Shown: piece by piece, positions 30,635 through 38,334 of the stretch
Numbering within the stretch: position 1 is the stretch's first letter
How the letters are laid out: each line of letters opens with the position of its first letter
Source of the DNA: Candidatus Sungiibacteriota bacterium
GTDB taxonomy: Bacteria; Patescibacteriota; Minisyncoccia; Sungbacterales; HO2-52-23
Direction: 5' to 3'
NCBI GenBank assembly: GCA_016180435.1
Contig: JACPBG010000001.1
Span: forward strand, 136,358 to 200,357
DNA length: 64,000 nucleotides
Translations under genes and position numbers: made by a program
Notes under the pieces: model-generated
What the model saw: the letters and a program-made list of their open reading frames with translations, nothing else
Database searches by the model: none
Told to the model about the DNA's origin: nothing

Positions 30635-31697
30635 TTTTTTCTATCGCATCATAATCATAAATTGAAAAAGCGCCGACAAGCATCTTCTTCTTTTTCAGTA
30701 AAGAAAGTTTCTTTTTTAACTCTGACCGAGAAACCGTATCGCTCTTTCCCAAGAAAATAAATTCTTTTTTATCTAAAAGCGCTTTACTGTATATTCCAAG
30801 CTCTTTCCGGACGATTTTATAATCTTTATATGGATCGGCTGATTCCGCGGAAATAATATGAAATAAAACTTTTGTCCGCTCGATATGGCGCAAAAATTTT
30901 ATGCCCAGCCCCCTTCCGCCGGATGCCCCTTCTATTAACCCGGGAATATCTGCCAGCACAAGCTCATAATATACCCCCAGATTCGGCTCCAGAGTTGTAA
31001 ACAAAAAATTTCCGACCTTGCTTCGGGCGTTAGTAAATTCATTCAACAAACTTGATTTCCCGACGTTGGGCAATCCTATAAGCCCCACATCGGCAATAAG
31101 TTTTAATTCAAGCCGTACGGTAAAATTTTCTCCCGGCGCGCCGTATTCAAATTCTTTGGGCCGGGTATTTACGGAGGACCGAAAATGAAAATTTCCTCTA
31201 CCCCCGCGCCCGCCTCGGGCCGCCAGAAAACGCTCGCCAATGGATACGATTTCTCTATCATTTTTTACCCCGTTAGAACGCTGCCGACTCCTGCTCGCCT
31301 CGCTAAAGCTATGGCGAAGCGGGTCGGCGGTAACGGCAGAGATAGCCGATGGGGATATAATACTCTCATTGGCAGGTCGCGAAGCGTCCGTTCTAACGGG
31401 GTTTGCAGTAAGATTATGGATAATCGTTCCCACCGGCACATATAAAACAAGATCTTTCGCATTGGGTCCGTCGCGAAATTGACCCTTGCCGTCCCCGCCG
31501 TTTTTTGCGGAAAATTCCTTTTTGAAACGGTACGAGCTTAAAATGCTAAAATCCGACGATCCCTCAAAATAAATATCCCCGCCGTCACCCCCTGACCCGC
31601 CCACCGGGCCGTATTGATTCAAATTTTTGTTAAACAAAACAGCGCCCCGTCCGCCGCTTCCCGCACGTAGTTTTATTGTGATGTCGTCTATAAACAT
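30594..31697 (-). CDS. obgE: GTPase Obg/CgtA with an in-frame palindromic insertion
   Basis: MFIDD..Gly-rich Obg fold, LELKLIADVGLIGLPNVGKS, FTTLEP, DIPG, FLRHIERT. Confidence 0.96.
   Translation of the reverse strand: MFIDDITIKLRAGSGGRGAVLFNKNLNQYGPVGGSGGDGGDIYFEGSSDFSILSSYRFKKEFSAKNGGDGKGQFRDGPNAKDLVLYVPVGTIIHNLTANPVRTDASRPANESIISPSAISAVTADPLRHSFSEASRSRQRSNGVKNDREIVSIGERFLAARGGRGGRGNFHFRSSVNTRPKEFEYGAPGENFTVRLELKLIADVGLIGLPNVGKSSLLNEFTNARSKVGNFLFTTLEPNLGVYYELVLADIPGLIEGASGGRGLGIKFLRHIERTKVLFHIISAESADPYKDYKIVRKELGIYSKALLDKKEFIFLGKSDTVSRSELKKKLSLLKKKKMLVGAFSIYDYDAIEKTKSLNKLCGLSLR
31267..31402. mobile_element. Palindromic element inserted in frame in obgE
   Basis: TIR accccgttagaacg/cgttctaacggggt; about 45 extra aa. 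Confidence 0.88.
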
Positions 31698-31760
31698 AAA
31701 TTAAAAAGGCGTTACGCCGAAGCCACGCCCAAACGCATTATAAAAATTACTAACTCTTAT

Positions 31761-31994
31761 TTATGCAGTGACGTGATTAGTAGACAACCAATCAATAAGT
31801 TTCTTGCGATGCCGGGCGATTGACCATGTGTCACCATGCCTGAAAAGCCCCGGATTAATACTTTGAAACTTTTGCAATATAGCGACCGATACGCACGGAA
31901 AACCATTTGGAATATTTTTATTATAATCAGCCAGAAACGCCAAAAGAGGCATCGGTATCAAGCTTTTTTCATATTCTTTATACTTTCTTTTCAT
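31761..31994 (-). CDS. Small hypothetical protein
   Basis: 77-aa ORF co-oriented with its neighbours. Confidence 0.6.
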   Translation of the reverse strand: MKRKYKEYEKSLIPMPLLAFLADYNKNIPNGFPCVSVAILQKFQSINPGLFRHGDTWSIARHRKKLIDWLSTNHVTA

Positions 31995-32072
31995 TGCTAA
32001 CCCAGTATACAATAAAACGAATTAAAAATCAATTTATACGCGGAAAACAAAACCAACAAGCTTAGGGATAAA

Positions 32073-32813
32073 TTAAAATAATCCTTGGCCGCCGAATCTC
32101 ACAACCTTTTTCTTGATTCCCGACACACACTTATTCAAATCAGAGACGATATCCCGCTCCATCAAATGCATCACGACCCATCCAATTCTTTTAAGCGCGC
32201 GGTTTTTGGTCTTATCTTTATCAAGCTGGCGGCGTCCGGAATGAGCTTTGCGATTATCGCACTCAACCGCAATTTTACCCTTCCGGCATAATACCGCAAA
32301 ATCAAGCGAATAACGTTTTCCGCCGGAGGAAATCCTATACTGCGGAATAGCTATAATGCCCGCGCGACGCAAAGCCCTCTCTATAATTGATTCTGTCGGA
32401 GCCACCCGATATAGTTCCAAAATATTTCTGGCGGTCTTGAGGCGACCCAGCGTAGCAAATCCAAAAGACACCCGGCGCGGCGGCATATTTCGGATAGGTC
32501 GCTTAAGTTTTTGAATGCGTCCCAGCCATACCTTTTGATATTCTTTACCAGCTGCCGGATGCTTAATTTCCTCCGGAAGTATTTCAAGGCGTTTCTTTAA
32601 CTCAATACGAAGTGCCCGCGCGTAATACTTGATTTGCTTGCCTCCCGGACCGAAACGCGCGGGTTCGTAAAAAGCCAAAAAATTAAATTTTCTCCGCGGG
32701 GATTTATCCGCCGGCATACGATACCAATGCTCATGCAAAAGAATTTCAAGATCGCTTTTTCGTTTAAGCACTCCCACGAGCGCCATTTCTTTTTCTTTGT
32801 CAATTTTTGCCAT
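32073..32813 (-). CDS. DUF559 / Vsr-like PD-(D/E)XK endonuclease-domain protein
   Basis: PQY.I..YSLDFA..IAVECD..H..D..K..L..GW.V. Confidence 0.8.
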   Translation of the reverse strand: MAKIDKEKEMALVGVLKRKSDLEILLHEHWYRMPADKSPRRKFNFLAFYEPARFGPGGKQIKYYARALRIELKKRLEILPEEIKHPAAGKEYQKVWLGRIQKLKRPIRNMPPRRVSFGFATLGRLKTARNILELYRVAPTESIIERALRRAGIIAIPQYRISSGGKRYSLDFAVLCRKGKIAVECDNRKAHSGRRQLDKDKTKNRALKRIGWVVMHLMERDIVSDLNKCVSGIKKKVVRFGGQGLF

Positions 32814-32861
32814 CAAATTCTCCAGTCACAACATCCTTACAAACTTGAGAATGTAAGGATG

Positions 32862-33149
32862 TTATTTTATCCGCCGGAAGGATTCTAAAAATTTAACAAA
32901 CATCTTGCCATAAGGCGAGAGAGCGTGCTCCACGAATTTACCGCGGTATTTTTTATTGATAAGCCCGGCCTGATAAAGCCGCCGGGTGTGTTCTCCAATG
33001 GTTTTCTCGTTGGCTCCGAGTGTTTCAACTATATCCTCCAGGGTAACGCCATCGCGTTCGGATACCAAAAACAATATCTCAATGCGATAGTGATTGGCCA
33101 TCCCTTTAAGATGGCGCTCCATTTGTTTGGCTGTCTTCACCTTCTTCAT
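32862..33149 (-). CDS. ArsR-like winged-HTH protein
   Basis: KGMANHYRIEIL..TIGEHTRRL..AGLI. Confidence 0.8.
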   Translation of the reverse strand: MKKVKTAKQMERHLKGMANHYRIEILFLVSERDGVTLEDIVETLGANEKTIGEHTRRLYQAGLINKKYRGKFVEHALSPYGKMFVKFLESFRRIK

Positions 33150-33252
33150 CTCTTTATGTTACACAACATACCAACATTCTCAAGTTTGTAAGTATGATGT
33201 AAATGTGTTGTGACTAGATTGCCGATACGATCCGCATCCGTAAAAAATTTAT

Positions 33253-34125
33253 TTAAAGTTTGGCTTTTTGGTCGGGGATATAGGCGGCATACACTTCGGC
33301 TTTTTGGGCAAATTCTTGGGATTTTGGAATATCCCCTTTTCGACGGGAAATATCCCGAAGACACCGCGCAACTCTGGCCGCTTGTCCATACTTACCCATG
33401 TTTTTAGAAATTTCTTCGGCGGAAGTATTCTCCGTAGGCCACGGATATTTTTCGGCAAGTTTAGACATCTTAGTTGAGTATGTATCGGATGCTTTTTCCT
33501 TTCCGTATCTTTTTGCAATATCAAACGCGCCCGCCAGCAAAAATATTTCCGTATGCGGAGCAACATCTTGCCCGGCGTTTCGTTCTTCGCGCACCTTTTT
33601 TAATCCGGCGCGAATGGCAGTTAGGGCCGCCGCGTCAAAATCACGAATGGGGTCATTTTTCTTAAAAACCAAAAGACCCCGAAGCGGTTTAACAAGAGGC
33701 ATGGAATCGGCAACCTCGGCCGCGCGCCGATAGACGGTCTGCATAACATCAAGTTCGCTGGAAGTCATTCCGTTCAGAGAGACCGGAATCAGGCCGGCTT
33801 TCCGGCCCCCCTGTTTCTCCATTTCTCTTTTTATACGTTCTTGAAGCGCGCGCAGGGCTTTATTCATATACATTCCCACATTTCCCGCGGCCTTCACTTT
33901 TTTTTCTTTCCAAAGACGCGATGCAGCCGAATAATAATTACTCGCATAATTAACAAGCGCCGCATCCCGATCTCCATGCTCGCTCCGAAATTCAAACACC
34001 CTATCCGCCAGCGGCAGAGCTTCATCATATTTTTCCTCCCAGTTAAGCCGGCCAAGCCGCTTGGCCGCGTCCTCAAAATTTTCTTTGGTTAGCGCTTCAA
34101 ATTGTCCAAGTTTTGGTCTTTCCAT
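33253..34125 (-). CDS. Hypothetical helical protein
   Basis: 290-aa charged, Ala-rich ORF. Confidence 0.65.
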   Translation of the reverse strand: MERPKLGQFEALTKENFEDAAKRLGRLNWEEKYDEALPLADRVFEFRSEHGDRDAALVNYASNYYSAASRLWKEKKVKAAGNVGMYMNKALRALQERIKREMEKQGGRKAGLIPVSLNGMTSSELDVMQTVYRRAAEVADSMPLVKPLRGLLVFKKNDPIRDFDAAALTAIRAGLKKVREERNAGQDVAPHTEIFLLAGAFDIAKRYGKEKASDTYSTKMSKLAEKYPWPTENTSAEEISKNMGKYGQAARVARCLRDISRRKGDIPKSQEFAQKAEVYAAYIPDQKAKL

Positions 34126-34224
34126 GGCTAAAAATAATGCGTAAAAATGTATAAAGGGGATAAAAAGGTGTCACCTTCTTTTTTTATATTTTACATTATA
34201 ACACGAATTCCGTGTATTCTAAAT

Positions 34225-34316
34225 CCGCCCGGAAGCGCAAATTCTCCCTCGCCATGCGAACCTTTACGCTTACCGAGTAAAATAGTGCCGTCTTTCAAAA
34301 TCATTACACCAACTCC
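34225..34316 (-). pseudogene. NUDIX hydrolase N-terminal fragment
   Basis: GVGVMILKDGTILLGKRKGSHGEGEFALPGG, breaking off at the start of the Nudix box. Confidence 0.7.
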
Positions 34317-34397
34317 TCCTAGGCCACTAGACGACGGGGGCATAAATCGCCAGAATTTTGAAGAAATCGGGAATAGACCGAAATAGACGACAGGAAC
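34317..34397 (-). repeat. tRNA-Glu 5' fragment plus upstream flank, diverged copy of 18270-18348
   Basis: GCCCCCGTCGTCTAGTGGCCTAGGA plus shared ataaatcgccagaattttg..tagacgacagga. Confidence 0.85.
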
Positions 34398-34580
34398 ACA
34401 AAATGTTTGATTTCTTATCTTACTACAATTCTTACTACGATATACTAAAAATAAAGCGCTTTCACAAGGAAACTTAATCACGGAATGGCTTTTTTTATTT
34501 GACAAAGCCAAAAAATAGATGTATTAAATCTGTATTAAGAGGGTTGGCTCTTTTAAAACCCAGTATGGAGGAGGCTCAAA

Positions 34581-36125
34581 ATGGCTGATAAAACAGTGTG
34601 CGTTGTTTCGGCAGAAGCAATGATTCAGGGGTTGGGACCGTTTGCCTGCGGTGCCAATCAAAGAGGCGGCCTTGGCGACCTGTTCGGCCACATGATGGAA
34701 GGTTTTGTAAAAAATGAAATCCGCGTAATCCCTATAACCTATTTTTACCCGCGCGATTGGCAGACGGGTGAAATGGTTGACTACAACAACACACCCGCGC
34801 GTTGTAACTACAACCTGGATGTTGATATCTATTGGCAAAAAAGAAGCGTTCCAATATTTACCATTGATCAGGCCGGTGCTCGAGTATACGGCATCAATGA
34901 TCCCGAAGCTGGCATCATTTATCCGGACACATGGAAAAAAGTGCGCCAAGCCGCTTTCTTTGGAAGAGCGGCGCATGCGCTGCTTAAAAAGCTTAATGAA
35001 AGACCGGAAATTGTATGGTGCCAGGAATGGCCGACTATGCCGGTTATTCCGAATTTGCGAGATGATCCATTTTTTGAAAAAACAAAATACATTTTCACTC
35101 TTCACACCTCGGTGCATGACGCCCTCGATTCCATGCCAAATGAATGGTACAGCGAATTTGCGATTAGCGAAAAATATCGCTCGGCATTTTTAAGAGACGG
35201 GGTTTTGGATCCAACTCTGGCCGGAGTGCGTATGGCCGATCTGATAACAGGCGTCAGCGACGAACATGGCGGCGAGATTCGCAGAATGTATCCGGAATAT
35301 GCCACCGAAATAAAAGGATTCAGGAACGGCACCAGCCGCAGTTCTCTCCTTTCACCGCGAATCAAAGCGCTTCCGCACGTCAACCCATATTCTTTATGGA
35401 CAGCGCATCTCGGAGATAAGGCCGAACTTCACGAAGAAATCCGTAAAGAAACTGGGGTTTCGCTGGATCCGGAACGCCCAGACATCGCACTATTTAGACG
35501 AGAAGCAGATTATAAAAACCGACGCCCGATGTTTGAACCAATCATAAAGGCGATTTGCGCCCCACGCGGAAAAATACTTGAGGATGGGAGAAGAGGTCTG
35601 GGCGCGAATGTAATATTCGGGGGCGTGGCGCATGAGAACGACCCAGCGGGCCGGGAGAATATGGAACTTTACCGCAGATGGATGAAAGATCCAGACCTTA
35701 AAGGAAGATTTGTCTATCTTTCGTTCTACAACGCAGCGTGGCGAACTCTGGCAGTAAGGGGATGCGATATTCACGTTGAATGCCCGCAACCCCGATGCGA
35801 GGCCTGTGGCACCAGCTGGATGCTCGCCCTACTAAACGGAGTAATGAATGTCGCAACTTTGGGCGGAGGACACAAGGGATTTAGCAGACCGGCTGATCCG
35901 CAAACAGGCGAAGGAGATACGCTTTTTATTGAACCGTATAATTCAGAAACTCTTTATTTGCAACTGGACAAAGCCGACGGCTGGTACTATGACTGGACAT
36001 TAAACCAAAATGATTGGTGGCCGCGGCTCAAAATGAATAATTTTCTACGCGGCGAAGAAGTGGACATTACAAAAATGATCGAGAGATATAACACACTCTG
36101 CTTTGAACCGCTTCTTGCGGCCTAA
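34581..36125 (+). CDS. Alpha-glucan phosphorylase (GT35)-like / glycogen synthase fold protein, divergent
   Basis: GGLG, RREADYK, AHEND..G, EACGTSWM..LNG; GGAGG RBS; TTGACA at 34499. Confidence 0.8.
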   Translation: MADKTVCVVSAEAMIQGLGPFACGANQRGGLGDLFGHMMEGFVKNEIRVIPITYFYPRDWQTGEMVDYNNTPARCNYNLDVDIYWQKRSVPIFTIDQAGARVYGINDPEAGIIYPDTWKKVRQAAFFGRAAHALLKKLNERPEIVWCQEWPTMPVIPNLRDDPFFEKTKYIFTLHTSVHDALDSMPNEWYSEFAISEKYRSAFLRDGVLDPTLAGVRMADLITGVSDEHGGEIRRMYPEYATEIKGFRNGTSRSSLLSPRIKALPHVNPYSLWTAHLGDKAELHEEIRKETGVSLDPERPDIALFRREADYKNRRPMFEPIIKAICAPRGKILEDGRRGLGANVIFGGVAHENDPAGRENMELYRRWMKDPDLKGRFVYLSFYNAAWRTLAVRGCDIHVECPQPRCEACGTSWMLALLNGVMNVATLGGGHKGFSRPADPQTGEGDTLFIEPYNSETLYLQLDKADGWYYDWTLNQNDWWPRLKMNNFLRGEEVDITKMIERYNTLCFEPLLAA

Positions 36126-36149
36126 TATCATCCATAGCGGCATATGCCG

Positions 36150-37481
36150 CTATTTTCTTTTCCAATTTTTATCCTGCCGCACAAGTAACTCACCGGCTTT
36201 TTCCGGGTGCGCCATAATTTCCTCCACGACTTTCTCCATGCGCATGGACTGACTGCCTTTTACTAAAATCAGGTCGCCTTCCCGAATCATGGGATCAAGC
36301 GTTTTTCCGGCGGATTCGGAATCGCCAAATTTAAATATCTGTAATAATGCATGTCCGGCCTCCCGCCCCATTTCATGGGGCGAGGCTCGCCCAGATTGCT
36401 GGGCGGCATCTGCAATGAATTTGGCGCGCGGTCCTACGCAAAAAAGTAAATCCACGAATTTCGCGGCCTGATCTCCTACGGCGCGGTGCGCTTGTTCAGA
36501 GTATTTCCCGATTTCCAGCATATCGCCCAAAACCGCTATTTTTCTTTTTCCCGGAAGGACGCGCAGGGTATCAAGCGCCAACCGCATAGATTCGGGCGCC
36601 GCATTATAAGTATCATCAAGAATCCAAGAATTTTTTATCCCATCCAACAGTCGCAGGCGCCCCGAGATCGGATTAAAACTTGCCAGCGCCTCGGAAATCT
36701 CAACAAGATTGAGTCCCAGCGCAATCCCCACTGCCGCGGCCGCTGCCGCAGAATACACTTGAGGCATGCCAAAGGTATTTTTAAACCGCGCCGGCATCAT
36801 ATTTCCCTGATATTCAATTTTGAATGAAACTCCATCGGGAATATCATTACCTTGATTATCCTTTATAATTTGTAGTTTGTAGTTTGTAGTTTTGATATCG
36901 GAATGTTCTTCCGTGCCAAAAGTAATTACACGCGCTTTAGTTTTATCTTTCATGCCATACACCGCAAAATCATCGTGATTTAAAACCGCCAGGCCGCCTG
37001 CCGGAAGTGCTACAACCAGTTTTGCTTTTTCCATAATAAGTTCCTCAATGTCCTTAAAAAACTCAACATGCACGGGAATATCTCCAATGGCAGTGACCAC
37101 CGCAATATCGGGTTTGGCAATGGATAAAAGATAATCCATGTCGCCCGGCCTATCCATGCCATATTCCAACACTAACGCCTCCGGATAAGGACTGCGCCAA
37201 ACTATTCTCCTATTCGCGCGAATAAGTCCATAGAGCCATCCGAAAATGTTACGTCCGCAGTGCGGGATGCCCAAAATAGCAAGCGGAAAACCGATTTCAT
37301 TGTTGTAATTTTTCTCCGCTTGTCTCACGCGATACTTTTTGGAAAGCACCGCAAAAACCGCCTCCCGCGTAGAGGTTTTCCCCACTGATCCGGTAATGCC
37401 GATTATTTTGGGCTTATACTTCCGTATGGTTGCCCGCGCCAGTATTGCCAAGATTTTTTGAAGAATTGACTTTTGAATCAT
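36150..37481 (-). CDS. murF: UDP-MurNAc-tripeptide--D-Ala-D-Ala ligase
   Basis: GITGSVGKTST, NNEIG, DDTYNAAPES, LGDMLEIG, LVKGS. Confidence 0.95.
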   Translation of the reverse strand: MIQKSILQKILAILARATIRKYKPKIIGITGSVGKTSTREAVFAVLSKKYRVRQAEKNYNNEIGFPLAILGIPHCGRNIFGWLYGLIRANRRIVWRSPYPEALVLEYGMDRPGDMDYLLSIAKPDIAVVTAIGDIPVHVEFFKDIEELIMEKAKLVVALPAGGLAVLNHDDFAVYGMKDKTKARVITFGTEEHSDIKTTNYKLQIIKDNQGNDIPDGVSFKIEYQGNMMPARFKNTFGMPQVYSAAAAAAVGIALGLNLVEISEALASFNPISGRLRLLDGIKNSWILDDTYNAAPESMRLALDTLRVLPGKRKIAVLGDMLEIGKYSEQAHRAVGDQAAKFVDLLFCVGPRAKFIADAAQQSGRASPHEMGREAGHALLQIFKFGDSESAGKTLDPMIREGDLILVKGSQSMRMEKVVEEIMAHPEKAGELLVRQDKNWKRK

Positions 37482-37532
37482 ATAATGCTAATATATATTA
37501 AGGTCATTTTCAGATCATAATTAGGAGGAGAA

Positions 37533-37670
37533 ATGAAACTAAAATTGGTCTTAGGGGTAATTGGGATCTTATTAATTGTCAATCAAATAATCAACTGGAG
37601 TCAGATAGGACTTATAGGTTTTTTCCTTGGTGGTCTTATGCTTGCCGCTTCGTCTGATGAGTTTCTTTAG
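37533..37670 (+). CDS. 45-aa 2-TM membrane microprotein (below the ORF-track cutoff)
   Basis: AGGAGG RBS followed by MKLKLVLGVIGILLIVNQIINWSQIGLIGFFLGGLMLAASSDEFL. Confidence 0.55.
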   Translation: MKLKLVLGVIGILLIVNQIINWSQIGLIGFFLGGLMLAASSDEFL

Positions 37671-37684
37671 AATTTTTTGCAGGA

Positions 37685-37720
37685 TTGACTTCATAATTTC
37701 ATTATGCTATACAGCATAAT
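37685..37720 (+). promoter_or_regulatory. Promoter with a palindrome over the -10 element
   Basis: TTGACT-17 nt-TATACA; ATTATGCT-atac-AGCATAAT. Confidence 0.5.
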
Positions 37721-37752
37721 AGCACATTTCCATTATTTTGGGGGGCGGCCAC

Positions 37753-38076
37753 ATGAAAAAGTTCAGGATATATCTGATCATTCACCTCATCTGCGGCCTA
37801 TTGGCGCTTGGGATGATACGATTTGCCGGATTTGAAACTGATTATTATCATAGAGGGGAGTCCTTAGAAAATGTACTGACACACATTAATAGCCCCATAC
37901 CAAACATTTTGTTACCAGTTTTCGGTCCACTAGCGCTCGTCACGGTGCCTTTTCTCATATACCTCGTTAATGAAACCGGGCATCCATTATTCGGCGTCAT
38001 GATTACCAAAGATCTTCGCTGGCCGGATTACCATCCTGACTTTAAATCAATCCAGAGTCCGGCAAAATCGCCCTGA
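37753..38076 (+). CDS. Hypothetical membrane protein
   Basis: Two hydrophobic segments; followed by a terminator. Confidence 0.6.
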   Translation: MKKFRIYLIIHLICGLLALGMIRFAGFETDYYHRGESLENVLTHINSPIPNILLPVFGPLALVTVPFLIYLVNETGHPLFGVMITKDLRWPDYHPDFKSIQSPAKSP

Positions 38077-38089
38077 TTTTTATCATACC

Positions 38090-38111
38090 TGACCCTTCGG
38101 GTCATTTTTTT
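38090..38111 (+). terminator. Intrinsic terminator
   Basis: tgaccc-ttcg-ggtca hairpin plus T7. Confidence 0.7.
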
Positions 38112-38200
38112 ATTTTTCAAAGCGCGGAGCGCTACCTTAATACAAACCGCACTCCCCACACCGAGATGCCGCAAACATCAATAAATGTATAAGGGCGAGC

Positions 38201-38328
38201 GTATCACTATTTCAAAACAATGGGAGGACAAGTTTGCATGGTTCGCCGTCTGCAGACGGCGAAAACTTGTCCGACCCTTAGCGAGTTTTTGCGCTGGCAA
38301 AAACGAGCGTGTTTTGAAATAGTGATAC
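38201..38328 (+). repeat. Structured repeat family A, copy 3
   Basis: 19-bp inverted repeat gtatcactatttcaaaaca; core ACAATGGGAGG..CCGACCCTTAGCGAG. Confidence 0.88.
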
Positions 38329-38334
38329 CGAACC

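Noticed and set aside
31267-31402. Intein or self-splicing intron in obgE
   Set aside because: Too short, no C/S..HN intein ends and no group I/II motifs; the TIRs indicate a palindromic element
34191-34511. 106-aa ORF
   Set aside because: A chimera of promoter DNA, a tRNA 5' fragment and a NUDIX fragment
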